Positions 8,825-18,479 are shown, numbered from the stretch's first letter. The stretch: DNA of 20,013 nucleotides from Nitrososphaeraceae archaeon (GCA_035297365.1 DATGZA010000018.1:1-20013); one strand, 5' to 3'. Translations and numbers: made by a program. The notes: generated from the sequence alone by a model not told the origin.

Positions 8825-9165
8825 AATGTTTAGCTTAATTCAATAATGATATCTTCATTTACAAAAAAATTATGCTACAGCGAAATAAACCGTTATACAT
8901 CATCACCTTATTGAAGTCTATGCCTATTGCATACTGAATTTGCTTGATAGTAACTGTTTTCCCACTACTCATTTTAATGAGAAAACGATTTCATCTGTTC
9001 ATCTCTGTCCTGTATTTTTTTAGTTGCTTGTGTCCATTATAGGCAATTTTTCTAATTTAGATGTATCTATTTATTACCTGCTCTACAACATTTCTTCTGA
9101 TAGATATGCAGAGTCAATATACAATTTGTCTTAATTGATATAGTAATTATGTGCAATTATATAAT
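8825..9165 (-). mobile_element. Degraded 3' half of an IS5-family transposase with eroded terminal repeat
   Basis: Stitched minus-strand frames read DKLYIDSA/ISIRRN...KQLK/TGQR*TDEIVFSLK*VVGKQLLSSKFSMQ/VMMYN. This matches the archaeal IS5 C-terminal consensus (G.RW..EIVFS.IKRV.GE.LLS.KF..Q..E...KVMLYN). Multiple stops and frameshifts. Confidence 0.65.
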
Positions 9166-9240
9166 AACATAATATTACGTGCAATTATTTATTTGAAATT
9201 TTTTAATAATAAAAAGTAGATAGGTTAATACTTTATAAAA

Positions 9241-10323
9241 TTATGGTTTAATTTCGTATACAATATTTATTGGTGTGTCTATAGCTCTTTTAAAATGTGA
9301 AAAACCACTCTTCCTTACTATGTCTCTGATCCTTTCTTCTCCTGCCTGTGCACCTAGGGCTGGTCCATTAAAAGCTAGCGAATTTGGTACGCATATTAGT
9401 GTAGAGGCAGCATAAAATGTTTTAGATATTGGATTTATATTATCTTCAAGTTTATTTTGTGAATAAGGTTCAACTATCATACAAACTCCTTCCTCTTTAT
9501 TGATTGTATTTAATACGTGAGTCAATGCACCTTGAGGGTCTCCCATATCATGAAGACAATCAAAGAATGTTATAAAATCGTAATTGGTACCTGGAAATTC
9601 TGATGCTGAAGATATCTCAAATTTTACATTGTTTAAATTCTCTTGTTTTGCAAGATTATTTGCTTTTTCAATTGATTCTTTGTGGAAATCAAATCCTGTA
9701 AATTCGGAATTTGGAAAAGCTTTTGCCATCAGTATTGTACTTATTCCATAACCACATCCTACGTCTGCCACTTTGATCCCTTGCTTAAGTTTTTCATGAA
9801 TTTTTCCATTTTCTATCGATGGTATCCATAAATTTAATAAGTTACCTAAATATCCAGCTTTAAAGAATTCGGCAAAACCCTCTGCCATACATGGATGATG
9901 ATCCAACCACGAGAAAGTTCTTTCATTTTTAAACATTTTTATAAATTCTTCTTCATCTTTAAAGTAAGATTTTATTGCTTTAAATGCACCTTGGATATAG
10001 ATAGGACTATTAGGGTCAGATAATGCAAGTGCATGTTCAGGAGGTAAAAAGTATTTTTCTGTTGAAGGATCATATTCTATATACCCACTAGAAACTTGAT
10101 TCCCTAACCATTCTTTAACTAGTCTTTCATTCGTTTCAGTTTTTTTCGCAAGTTCTTGAAAAGTGATATATCTGTTTTCATTTGCCATGGCTTTATATAA
10201 TCCAAGTCTTTCTCCAAGAATCACTAGCATGGCAGTAGAGCTTCCAGCAATATCCTGTATAGCTTTATTCATAAATTCATGTATCTTGGATTCATTGATA
10301 TTATTTTTTATTTGTTGGACCAT
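9241..10323 (-). CDS. Class I SAM-dependent methyltransferase with N-terminal winged-helix domain (Rv2258c-like)
   Basis: LGERLGLYKAM, ELAKKT.TNERLVKEWL, YFLPPEHA.AL, VADVGCGYG (motif I), YDFITFFDCLHDMGDP, YAASTLICVPNSL and LGAQAGE. 360 aa, intact. Confidence 0.92.
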   Translation of the reverse strand: MVQQIKNNINESKIHEFMNKAIQDIAGSSTAMLVILGERLGLYKAMANENRYITFQELAKKTETNERLVKEWLGNQVSSGYIEYDPSTEKYFLPPEHALALSDPNSPIYIQGAFKAIKSYFKDEEEFIKMFKNERTFSWLDHHPCMAEGFAEFFKAGYLGNLLNLWIPSIENGKIHEKLKQGIKVADVGCGYGISTILMAKAFPNSEFTGFDFHKESIEKANNLAKQENLNNVKFEISSASEFPGTNYDFITFFDCLHDMGDPQGALTHVLNTINKEEGVCMIVEPYSQNKLEDNINPISKTFYAASTLICVPNSLAFNGPALGAQAGEERIRDIVRKSGFSHFKRAIDTPINIVYEIKP

Positions 10324-10345
10324 TAAGATGTTAATATAGATTATT

Positions 10346-10368
10346 GATATAAATATTCCGTCGTGGTC
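10346..10368 (-). promoter_or_regulatory. TATA box of the methyltransferase plus adjacent TTCC-N5-GG box
   Basis: Minus-strand TTTATATC (10346-10353) lies 23-30 nt upstream of the ATG. TTCCGTCGTGGTC (10356-10368) is directly upstream of it. Confidence 0.45.
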
Positions 10369-10510
10369 TGCTCTCTATTTCTAAAGAATCGTGATGGTTT
10401 TCTGTTATATGGCTTGTAAGATAACAAATATTATATTTAGATTAGTAAATGCTAATAGCTTGTTTTATGATACTTCTAAAAGATACAAAAAATACAACTA
10501 TAAAAATAAT

Positions 10511-11023
10511 TCATGAAACTGTTTTGGATTCTGAATTAGCTTTATTATCTCTATGATCATGTCTGTTGTTGAATAGTTTGGTTATCTTGACACCTAAATT
10601 TATTATAATGGTAAACATAAGAGCTGAAGAAAAATGTGCTATAATAGATGCTAAATAATGTTCATGTCAGCTTGTTAATAGATAAAAATGTATTGACCAT
10701 CTCGTTATTACATAAACAATTTCAGCAATACCAACAGAAAATATTACTTTTAATATATTTTTTCCAAACTTTTTAGTATCTAATTTTCCATTCTCTAAAA
10801 GGTATTCTTTTTTGTTATCATTCTAATATAATAGTCCAAAGACTGTGTAATATGCCATATAACTTATTGCTATTGTGTAGCAGGTGTTCAGATAGTGTTC
10901 TAGATCTCTCATCAGATGGGATGACAAAGCAGAGAGTAAAGCAGCTGATATTATTCCTGTAAATATACTTCGATTCAAAAGTAAGTATTGCTTATTTTCA
11001 AAAAAATATTTTTCAGCATTCAT
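10511..11023 (-). pseudogene. Four-TM membrane protein (GtrA-like thaumarchaeal family) with two in-frame stops
   Basis: One continuous frame: MNAEKYFFENKQYLLLNRSIF...VFGLLY*NDNKKEY...KVIFSVGIAEIVYVITRWSIHFYLLTS*HEHYLASIIAHFSSALMFTIIINLGVKITKLF...; TAG at 10823-10825, TGA at 10667-10669, final TGA at 10511-10513. Confidence 0.8.
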
Positions 11024-11122
11024 ATATTCTCTTTTTATTAATTGATTCATTGTGTTATATATGATATAGTACATAGCCGATTCGTCGTTTTATTTAGGAC
11101 GGAAATAAAAAATCCTTTATAT

Positions 11123-11202
11123 TTCCATTATGGACATCATTTTTTAATGATTTATACACGTGATATCCTTTTATTCTTCCACATTGGAAATTGATATATT
11201 TA
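11123..11202. promoter_or_regulatory. Candidate operator boxes and TATA in the divergent promoter
   Basis: TTCCATTATGGAC (11123-11135) and the palindrome TTCCACATTGGAA (11177-11189) precede TATATTTA (11195-11202) and ATG 11222. Confidence 0.45.
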
Positions 11203-11221
11203 TGGCTATTGTTTTACATAC

Positions 11222-12212
11222 ATGCTAGATGAAATTGATAAATTAATCGTTTCTTACCTAACTAAAAATTCAAGAATTTCTTCTCTTGAAATTAGAAAGG
11301 AGATTAATAATTTAGGCTTTGCTATAACTCATAGAGCTGTTAGACATAGGATAGCTGGACTTGTAAAGAAAAAGATGTCTTGGGTTATTCAACTATATTA
11401 AATCCTGAACTAACAACAAATAACAAAGTAAATCGTACAATTCTTTTGAAATTTAAATTTTCAAAAAATTCTGAAAATCTTGTCAAGCTTTTAAGAGAAT
11501 ATATTCAAGAATCTTCATTTTGTATTTATGCCAGTAAATTAAATGGCGACTTTGATTGTATATGTCATTTTGTATTTGATTCTATTGAACAATAGGAGAT
11601 CCATAAATTTTCTTAACCGATTTAGTGAACTACTTAGTGATTTTAGAACATTTGAATCTGTAAATTTAAAATTGTCGACTTATTCTGTTTACGAAAATCA
11701 TGAAGACATAGAAAGAAAGACAAGAGTGCTTCAAATTCTAAATTCATTAAAAAAATATCAAAATCTAAATGAACGACTTCAAAAAACTGTAGAATACATG
11801 ATAAAATATTTTAATGCATATTTTGCAAGGATTTGGTTTGTTGATAAAAATAGATCTTATCTTATTTTGAGGTTTAGTGCTGGAAAATATACTCGAATTG
11901 ATGGAGTTTTCTAAAGTATCTCTCCATAATTCCCTACAACTAGGACCTGCCATCAGGAGAAAAAAACCATTTGTTACTAATGATTTACCCCATGACCCCT
12001 TAACAAGACATCCAGATTGGGTTAAAAAAGAAAAGCTGTTGTCTTTTGCGGCATATCCTCTTCTATATAAGCAGGATACAGTTGCAGTTTTGGCTATATT
12101 CAGTCGAAAGAAATTTTCACCAATTGATTTTGAAATGTTAGGAATATTTTGTGATCAGCTTTCCAAAGATCTTATCGGAATTTTTGAAGCTAAAGAATTC
12201 TTATCTAATTAA
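11222..12212 (+). pseudogene. Lrp/AsnC-family regulator fused to a C-terminal GAF domain, three frameshifts
   Basis: MLDEIDKLIVSYLTKNSRISSLEI...RAVRHRIAGLVKKK (AsnC wHTH); fs near 11375; LGYSTILNP...KLNGDFDCICHFVFDSIEQ (RAM domain); stop plus fs near 11595; NFLNRFSEL...ARIWFVDK...LILRFSAGKYTRIDG; fs near 11905; EFSKV...VTNDLPHDP...WVKKEKLLSFAAYPL...VAVLAIFS (GAF). Confidence 0.88.
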
Positions 12213-12491
12213 ATTATGGTTTTTAAAATTTGAATTTAGTTTCACTAAATAGTGTACAAAAATTTTATAAACGTATATATTGTCAAGCAATCATTTGAGA
12301 GCGTTATCTATATTTTTGTTTATACTATAATTTCATCTCTAAAGTGAGCTGTGTCTTACTAATAATGTATATATATAAAATGAATAAGGCTTTTTTAGAT
12401 TAATCCTATTGTAAAAAACAAAGGTATTGGATCAAATAAAAAACTTGCAGATCCAATGTATTGAACAATTCACTTCCTCTTATTTTTAATA

Positions 12492-13090
12492 TTAATTTTT
12501 ATTTTCTTCCAAACTAACTTCTACTGGAGTTGGACAAGAAACAATATCAAATACTGGTGATCTCTTTTGTACGAGTTGTACCAGTTCCTGTAATTTTTCT
12601 TTTTGCGCATCTGTCTTGATCTTAAATACAACCTTTATCTTTTCGTAGCCGTTTCTTACATTTTCATCCAATCCAAGGAAGCCATGTAAGTCGAGATCTC
12701 CAGAAAATGATGTTTCCACTTCGTCTATTTTTATTCCATGTGTTGCAGCATGATAAATAAGACTTGTTGTTAAGTAACCATCAAGCGATGCAAATACATA
12801 TTCAACGGGGTTTGCACCATGATCTTCTCCTAATAAAACCGGTGGCTCATCTTTTCAAAGACAAAGGCTTGACTTCTTTTAAATGTCTAACATGCACCAT
12901 AAAAGTCATTAATAGTTGTACGGTCATGTGCTCCATCAATCCATTTACCTTTTGCTTTAAAATTAAATTTTGCAATTTCAGGTTTTTCCTTAATTACTTT
13001 TACTGTTTCAAAGAGTTTGCTTACATTGACTCCATTTACAATCTGTTCTTCTTGTTCTTTTTTCGTTTTTCGTATGTTTATTTGATTCAT
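12492..13090 (-). pseudogene. OsmC/Ohr-superfamily protein, disrupted
   Basis: VNGVNV..LFETV..IKE.PEIAKF.F...W...FYGAC* (TAG 12887-12889), a 1-bp frameshift near 12852, then DEPPVLLGEDHGANPVEYVFASLDGYLTT...GDLDLHGFLG...VRNGY.KI.V...RSPVFD. The expected GCLTT cysteine reads Tyr. Confidence 0.9.
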
Positions 13091-13094
13091 ATCG

Positions 13095-13146
13095 ATGCTA
13101 TCATGATTACATGATATAAACGCTACGCATAAATGCTATCATGATA
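13095..13146. promoter_or_regulatory. Twin palindromic boxes flanking the osmC-like TATA box
   Basis: ATGCTATCATGAT at 13095-13107 and 13133-13145, each containing the palindrome ATCATGAT. Minus-strand TTTATATC lies between them at 13113-13120. Confidence 0.6.
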
Positions 13147-13555
13147 TCGCATGGTGAGGGCGTACGAAACTTTATACGGTATTAGACTCTTATTTTAAGA
13201 CAAGTTCTCACCAATCAAATTCAAAATTGAAATTATTATTTTTTATATTATCATTGTAGGTAGCAACAATGAATTGTATACAGTTATAAACATCAATCAG
13301 GTCTTATTCCTTTTGCATACGTAAGATAGTAATCATCAAAACTTCCTATTCTATCCTTCAAACATTGATTAACTGGTTTCGTTAGACTTTTCTCTAAAGG
13401 CGTACGTAAATAGTGTTCAAATCTAAATACATTACAAAAACCATGATCAGAATATAATCGAATATATGCTTAAAATAAATATTGATTATTATATCAATTA
13501 CAAATTTGTCTTATATTAAGGTGCTAGTTATATATTCGTAATTAATGATTATATT

Positions 13556-14149
13556 ATGAGTAATGATAACTATCCACCTATATCTTATGATGTTAAAGAA
13601 ATAAGTTCTGACATAAGCAATATATCAGAAGTCAATCCAGAAAAACACGAATCTGAAGAAACAGGAAGCTATCATATTTCAAAAGATAATCTTCCTTCTT
13701 TTAAAAGAATATTGGTTACTGACGATGGAAGAGATATATCAAATAAAGCACTTAATTATGCTGTTTCTTTATCTAATTCGACTGGAGCAGAATTACTTAT
13801 TCTTCGTATATTAGAAGATATTGAAAAATTTGGAAATATTTCTGTAGAAGGTTCTCACGAGATATCGCAATTGGATAATCAAGACTTCCATAGAAAAATC
13901 AAAGCTGATGTAATAGATGCCATGGAAGAAAAAATAAATAAATGCCAAAAAGCTGGATGTCAAAATAAAGTTTCTTATAAATTTCTGACCGGAAATATAG
14001 TTGATGAAATAGTGAATGAAATTAACAATAATAACTATGATTTGGTAGTTATGTTAACTGCTCACATAGATTCGTGGTTTAGATCCTTATTTAGTGATGT
14101 CAGAAAAATAATTAATCATATTAGTAAACCTGTTTTGATAATACAATAA
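13556..14149 (+). CDS. Universal stress protein (UspA family)
   Basis: FKRILVTDDG.D.S.KALNYAV.L....GAELLILRI, G..VDEIV......YDLVVM and KII.HISKPVLII. TTATATAT lies about 25 nt upstream. Confidence 0.9.
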   Translation: MSNDNYPPISYDVKEISSDISNISEVNPEKHESEETGSYHISKDNLPSFKRILVTDDGRDISNKALNYAVSLSNSTGAELLILRILEDIEKFGNISVEGSHEISQLDNQDFHRKIKADVIDAMEEKINKCQKAGCQNKVSYKFLTGNIVDEIVNEINNNNYDLVVMLTAHIDSWFRSLFSDVRKIINHISKPVLIIQ

Positions 14150-14348
14150 ATTCTCTATTTTTCTAGACATTATCTATAATTGGAGATAACTGTTTCTATA
14201 TCATGTGTAATCAATATATGTCAACTATCTTATAAGATCTTGAAAATTGTAATATTATGATTTCTAAAATATGATGGATGTATTTATCGCTAGAAAGATA
14301 GAGAATGACATAGATCTATAGATAACAAACCTATCTAACTTATATACT

Positions 14349-14720
14349 ATGGAACCCATATATTACTATATGAAGAGAATAAAAAATAATAATAATCATT
14401 ATAATTTCTTATTAATTGATAATAAAAGTAGTAAACCTCTAATAATTGTAAAAGATTCCAATCTGCAACTATCTTCATCTTCACAATCATCATATACAAA
14501 TATATCAAATACAAAAGACGAAAGATTAGATCTTATAAAAATTTCGAAAGGATTAATTGAAATTTTACAGAGCAATGGTTTTACAGTTGAAAAGATATTA
14601 GAATATGGGCCCTCACAAATTGCAGAAATGCTAGGAATAGATGTGTATATTGGAAAAATAATATATGACGAGACTAAAAAAGCAACTAGTAATTTAAACC
14701 CTAATTCTTTAATCAATTAA
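14349..14720 (+). CDS. Hypothetical protein with C-terminal helix-hairpin-helix-like region
   Basis: Low-complexity N-terminal part, then ISKGLIEILQSNGFTVEKILEYGPSQIAEMLGIDVYIGKII (HhH/SAM-like pattern). Start uncertain. Confidence 0.65.
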   Translation: MEPIYYYMKRIKNNNNHYNFLLIDNKSSKPLIIVKDSNLQLSSSSQSSYTNISNTKDERLDLIKISKGLIEILQSNGFTVEKILEYGPSQIAEMLGIDVYIGKIIYDETKKATSNLNPNSLIN

Positions 14721-14775
14721 AAGTATAAATTATCAAAAAAAAGAGAATAATAACAAAAAAAAGATATTCGTAATC

Positions 14776-14975
14776 CCTTTTTGCACGATTCTTTATTCCT
14801 AACACAATTAGCTTGCTTGTTAGTGATAATATACAATTAACTGAAAGAAATACAACCATTCTCTGGTAAAAACGAAGAGATATTACTTGATTTTGTTTAT
14901 ATAGATTACTGGGATCTTGGATTAGAAAGGATAAAGAAGATAAAGAAGAATTATTCCAAAGATTACCGCGGTAAA
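14776..14975 (+). mobile_element. Degraded 5' half of an IS5-family transposase
   Basis: IN*KKYNHSLVKR / EILLDFVYIDYWDLGLERI (from 14836) matches the archaeal IS5 N-terminus NW..YN.SLVKRGEILLDFD.ID.WD.EL..MN. A possible eroded left end CCTTTTTGCAC lies at about 14776. Confidence 0.7.
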
Positions 14976-15206
14976 TCAAAACAGTTAAAATATGCTAATT
15001 AGTTTAAAACTAAAATACAGCTAAAAAAATTCTCTAATTGTTTCATTATCTGAGATATTAATATGCTGCGCATACTGATCCCTCTATACAACTGTTATTA
15101 ACTATTGATTTGCTACTCTTTTCAATAATTTTAGCCAAAGAACTCTTGAAGTGTTGCATTAATATTTTTAGTCTTTTATTTTTAAACTCAAGAAAAAAAT
15201 GAACAA

Positions 15207-15731
15207 TTATTCAACTTAAACGTCTGTTGACTTTGGTTTGGGTTAATCCTTTGGTTTTTATCTTAATCTCTAATATCCCGTTTTGGTATCTTACCTTTGC
15301 AGAATTTGTATTCAATTCAAGGTCCAATGGAAATTCACTATGGTATTTTTTTTCTACATGTTCAGAACTTATGACTACAGTCTTTCAAGAAATTTTTACC
15401 TTGATATCTTCCTTTATTACTCCTGGCATTTCAGCAGTTACAACATATGTAATATCTTGTTCATTAAACGTTGTATCAACTAAAGGTTCTCTTATATCAC
15501 TTTCCACTACTGCTTTTTTACTCGGTTTTACTTTTCCAAATTCATTGATGTAAGGTTTGCAGTCTGGACCGACAATAATTTGATATCCATAATAATATGG
15601 AACATTTCGCTTTACAGACGTCTTACTTCCTCCTATTGTTGTGAAGATGTTATTTTACATGTGTTCTGCTGTCGCAAATTCTCTATCAAGATCTTCAAAG
15701 ATCTTTTTAAAATTCCAGATTCTTTCACCAT
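15207..15731 (-). pseudogene. hsp20: Archaeal small heat-shock protein Hsp20, disrupted (absent from the ORF track)
   Basis: Minus-strand frame FEDLDREFATAEHM*...PYYYGYQIIVGPDCKPYINEFGKVKP...REPLVD...VTAEMPGVIKEDIKVKIS*...AKVRYQNGILEIKI. TAA at 15655-15657, TGA at 15385-15387, and a frameshift just after ATG 15731. Confidence 0.9.
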
Positions 15732-15918
15732 ATTTATCAGTTTACATTATGTAAGCATAATTACATTATATACCTTTGCATTACAGTTAGTATTTAATAT
15801 TACACTACACAATAAAAATATAACTAATTGTCCAAAAATATTGTTTGGATAAAAATTAATATAGGATTCTACTAAACTAAAAATCACCAATCAAAACAGT
15901 TGCAATATATATGATTTT

Positions 15919-16803
15919 TCAATTAGATTGAATATAGAAGGAGTCCAATACATTGTTATCTGGTATATCGAGAAAAGTTCCATAAATTTTATCGGAAAAA
16001 TCAATATTTAAAAATCCATGAATTCCTGCAAATCTGATCACAATATTCTTCGGTTTTTCCTGAGCTGTAAAAAAATGATGTTGAGGTGCACCACCAGTAC
16101 CTATGGTTATGTATTGTATTCCATCCAAAGGAACCATGCGATAATATACGTGATGATGACCTGAAAGGACAAGATCAACACCCCTGGATTTGAATAAAGG
16201 ATGAAGAGACTGGAACGAGGATGATTTAACTTCCCCTAATTCTTGTTTGACATCCTTTGCGCCATATAATGGCCTATGAGTAGCAACCAATGTATAATTA
16301 TAAAGCTCCTTTCCGTTATTCCATACTTTATCAAGATCATTTTCAATCCATTCGTATTGTTCGCTATTCTTCACAATCTCTTCTTCTGTATTAATGACTA
16401 TCAAATGTATATTTAAATTATTTTTATAATCCTTTTTTTTATAATTAAAATCTATAGAATAATATGGCTTGGTTAGATTAAATGTGGTGAGATAATCTTT
16501 TTCATTCAAAAGGTCATGATTTCCTAGAACAATATAAGATTTATCTAGTATTTCTTTGTTTTTTAACATATCTATAAAACATTCATCACCTTCAGGGGTT
16601 TCTGTATATGAAAGATCCCCTAACCATAAATAAAAATCCGCCGCTTTTTTTACAATATCGTTTATTAATTCTATTGCAGTAGATCTACAATCAACATCTC
16701 CTACCGTAATAATATTAAATCCGTAAACATAATTTGTAGTAAAAAGCAGCGTAAAAAGTGAGATAGCAAAAGAAAAGATGGAAAGTTTAAAGATCGCTTT
16801 CAA
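15919..16803 (-). CDS. Secreted calcineurin-like metallophosphoesterase (purple acid phosphatase-like)
   Basis: Signal peptide; metal-binding motifs VGD, LGDLSY, LGNHD, THRPLY and LSGHHHVY, plus YITIGTGG. Confidence 0.92.
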   Translation of the reverse strand: MKAIFKLSIFSFAISLFTLLFTTNYVYGFNIITVGDVDCRSTAIELINDIVKKAADFYLWLGDLSYTETPEGDECFIDMLKNKEILDKSYIVLGNHDLLNEKDYLTTFNLTKPYYSIDFNYKKKDYKNNLNIHLIVINTEEEIVKNSEQYEWIENDLDKVWNNGKELYNYTLVATHRPLYGAKDVKQELGEVKSSSFQSLHPLFKSRGVDLVLSGHHHVYYRMVPLDGIQYITIGTGGAPQHHFFTAQEKPKNIVIRFAGIHGFLNIDFSDKIYGTFLDIPDNNVLDSFYIQSN

Positions 16804-16872
16804 TAATCAATTTTTGCATCAATAAACATTTTATTGTTTTGTAAATCGGCTTTTTTTGCCTTTTTTTATATA

Positions 16873-16889
16873 GTTCAAAATTTTTGAAC
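16873..16889. promoter_or_regulatory. Perfect 8-1-8 palindrome in the divergent phosphoesterase/integrase intergenic region
   Basis: GTTCAAAA-T-TTTTGAAC. Confidence 0.4.
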
Positions 16890-17139
16890 CATTTCTTAAA
16901 TACACGATAATCTCCTGACTCGATAAAAGATAAAAATCACAGTAACGACAATATTGATTTGAATTTATCAATAATGTTTTATTGATCATCATCCAAATTT
17001 TATTTGGAATAATTTGCTACGTTAGTAGATCTCTTTGATATAGAAATTCATATAAAATAACCAATTCTAACGCATATTTCATAACAAATACAATAAACTA
17101 ATAACATAGAACATGCATTTACATTGAGGAAAGGAAGGG

Positions 17140-18437
17140 ATGACGTTACAGGAAAATTCACAACAGCAGACTCTAAAACGATATATTAAAAATATCAGTA
17201 TTATGAATACACAAACAGCAAATGAATATTACGTTCGTTTGCTAAACTTAGAGATTTTTGATATCCAATTATGGTTCTGACGTAACTATTGATAAATTCA
17301 TTGACGGATTAAAGAAAGGAAAATTCTATGTCTATGACGCATTAGGTGATTATTGTGTCTATTTACAGAACTCACAAATTTATACCACAACCTTAAAACA
17401 AAGGATTGTTACTACCAAGAATTTTCTTGAATTCAATGATATTGATATAAGTCCTAGAAAATTCAAGATAAAGGTAAGATTACCCAAGGATATCAAACGA
17501 AACAAGGAAGCAATCGATAAACATGATATTATCAATATTTTGAATGGTTGTTCTGATATCAAATTAAAAACTTATGTTATGTTCTTGGCCTGTACCGGCA
17601 TGAGGGCTGTTGAGGCTCTGTCTATACGCATTAAAGATTTAGACTTTGAATCTGTCCCTGCAAGGGCCACAATAAGAGGCGAATTCACGAAGACCAAAGT
17701 AGACAGATATGTCTTTTTGAGTAAAGAAATGGTTGAACAACTCAAAAAATGGCTGGTCTACAAATACAGGACCCGTCGAATTTGCAAAAAAGATCAAGAG
17801 ACAGGACAATTAATAGACGAGTATAGAACACCCGAAAAGAATGACAATGACCTTTTATTTTCAATCCGTACAAAAACAGTTTACACTGGAACTAAATCAG
17901 GAAGGTCACCAAGATCACAACCTCAAAACCAATATTATTACATGGTAAGGTTATTTCAAGAAACTTTGGATAGAATTGGTGCAGGGTCAAGAGAGGAACA
18001 TAATGAAAATAGAAGAAAGATAACTTTGCACTCATTTAGAAGGTTTGTAAAGACTACTATCTCGGACCTTGGATATTCCGATTATTCAGAATGGTTTATC
18101 GGTCATGCCGGTTCTACCTATTGGAGAAAGAAAGTTACAGAAAAGGCAGAACTTTACAAGAAGATTGAGCCCTACCTAACGTTTATGGATATGCAACAGA
18201 TAGAACGACAGGGTGCGGACCTGCAGACAAAAATTGATGAATTGCAGTAAGTAAATCAGGTATTAAGAACAAAGGAAAATGAACGGGCACAGGAATTAGA
18301 TCAGGTTAAACGAACAGATGTTAAAACATCAATCCGTTATGGTTGATTTATTGAGCAAATTTGAGACATGGGAAAAATCACAGAAGAAAGACGTTGCAAA
18401 GAAACTAATTGATAGTGGAATGTATATTCCCAAATAA
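17140..18437 (+). pseudogene. Tyrosine recombinase/integrase with C-terminal coiled coil, disrupted at both ends
   Basis: Catalytic set R (GMRAVEAL), K (FTKTK), HxxR (LHSFRR), H (IGH) and Y (STYW) lies within ORF 17258-18250. The probable true start is ATG 17140 after a purine-rich SD, with a +1 frameshift near 17258. TAA at 18248-18250 is followed by in-frame VNQVLRTKENERAQELDQVK, a frameshift, and EQMLKHQ...AKKLIDSGMYIPK* ending at 18437. Confidence 0.85.
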
Positions 18438-18479
18438 TTAATTAAGCCAGATCAGAAAATAAAATAAAAAAAAGGTGGA

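Noticed and set aside
11765-13114. ORFs 11765-11953 (-) and 12764-13114 (+)
   Set aside because: Antisense shadows of the Lrp-GAF and osmC-like pseudogenes.
14399-15852. ORFs 14399-14716, 14713-14979, 15227-15553, 15283-15483 and 15580-15852
   Set aside because: Antisense to the HhH gene, the IS5 fragment and the Hsp20 pseudogene, which explain the sequence better.
10511-18437. Stop-codon reassignment or programmed readthrough explaining the in-frame stops
   Set aside because: All three stop types interrupt genes, they co-occur with frameshifts and an active-site substitution, and intact genes end in TAA, TAG and TGA normally.
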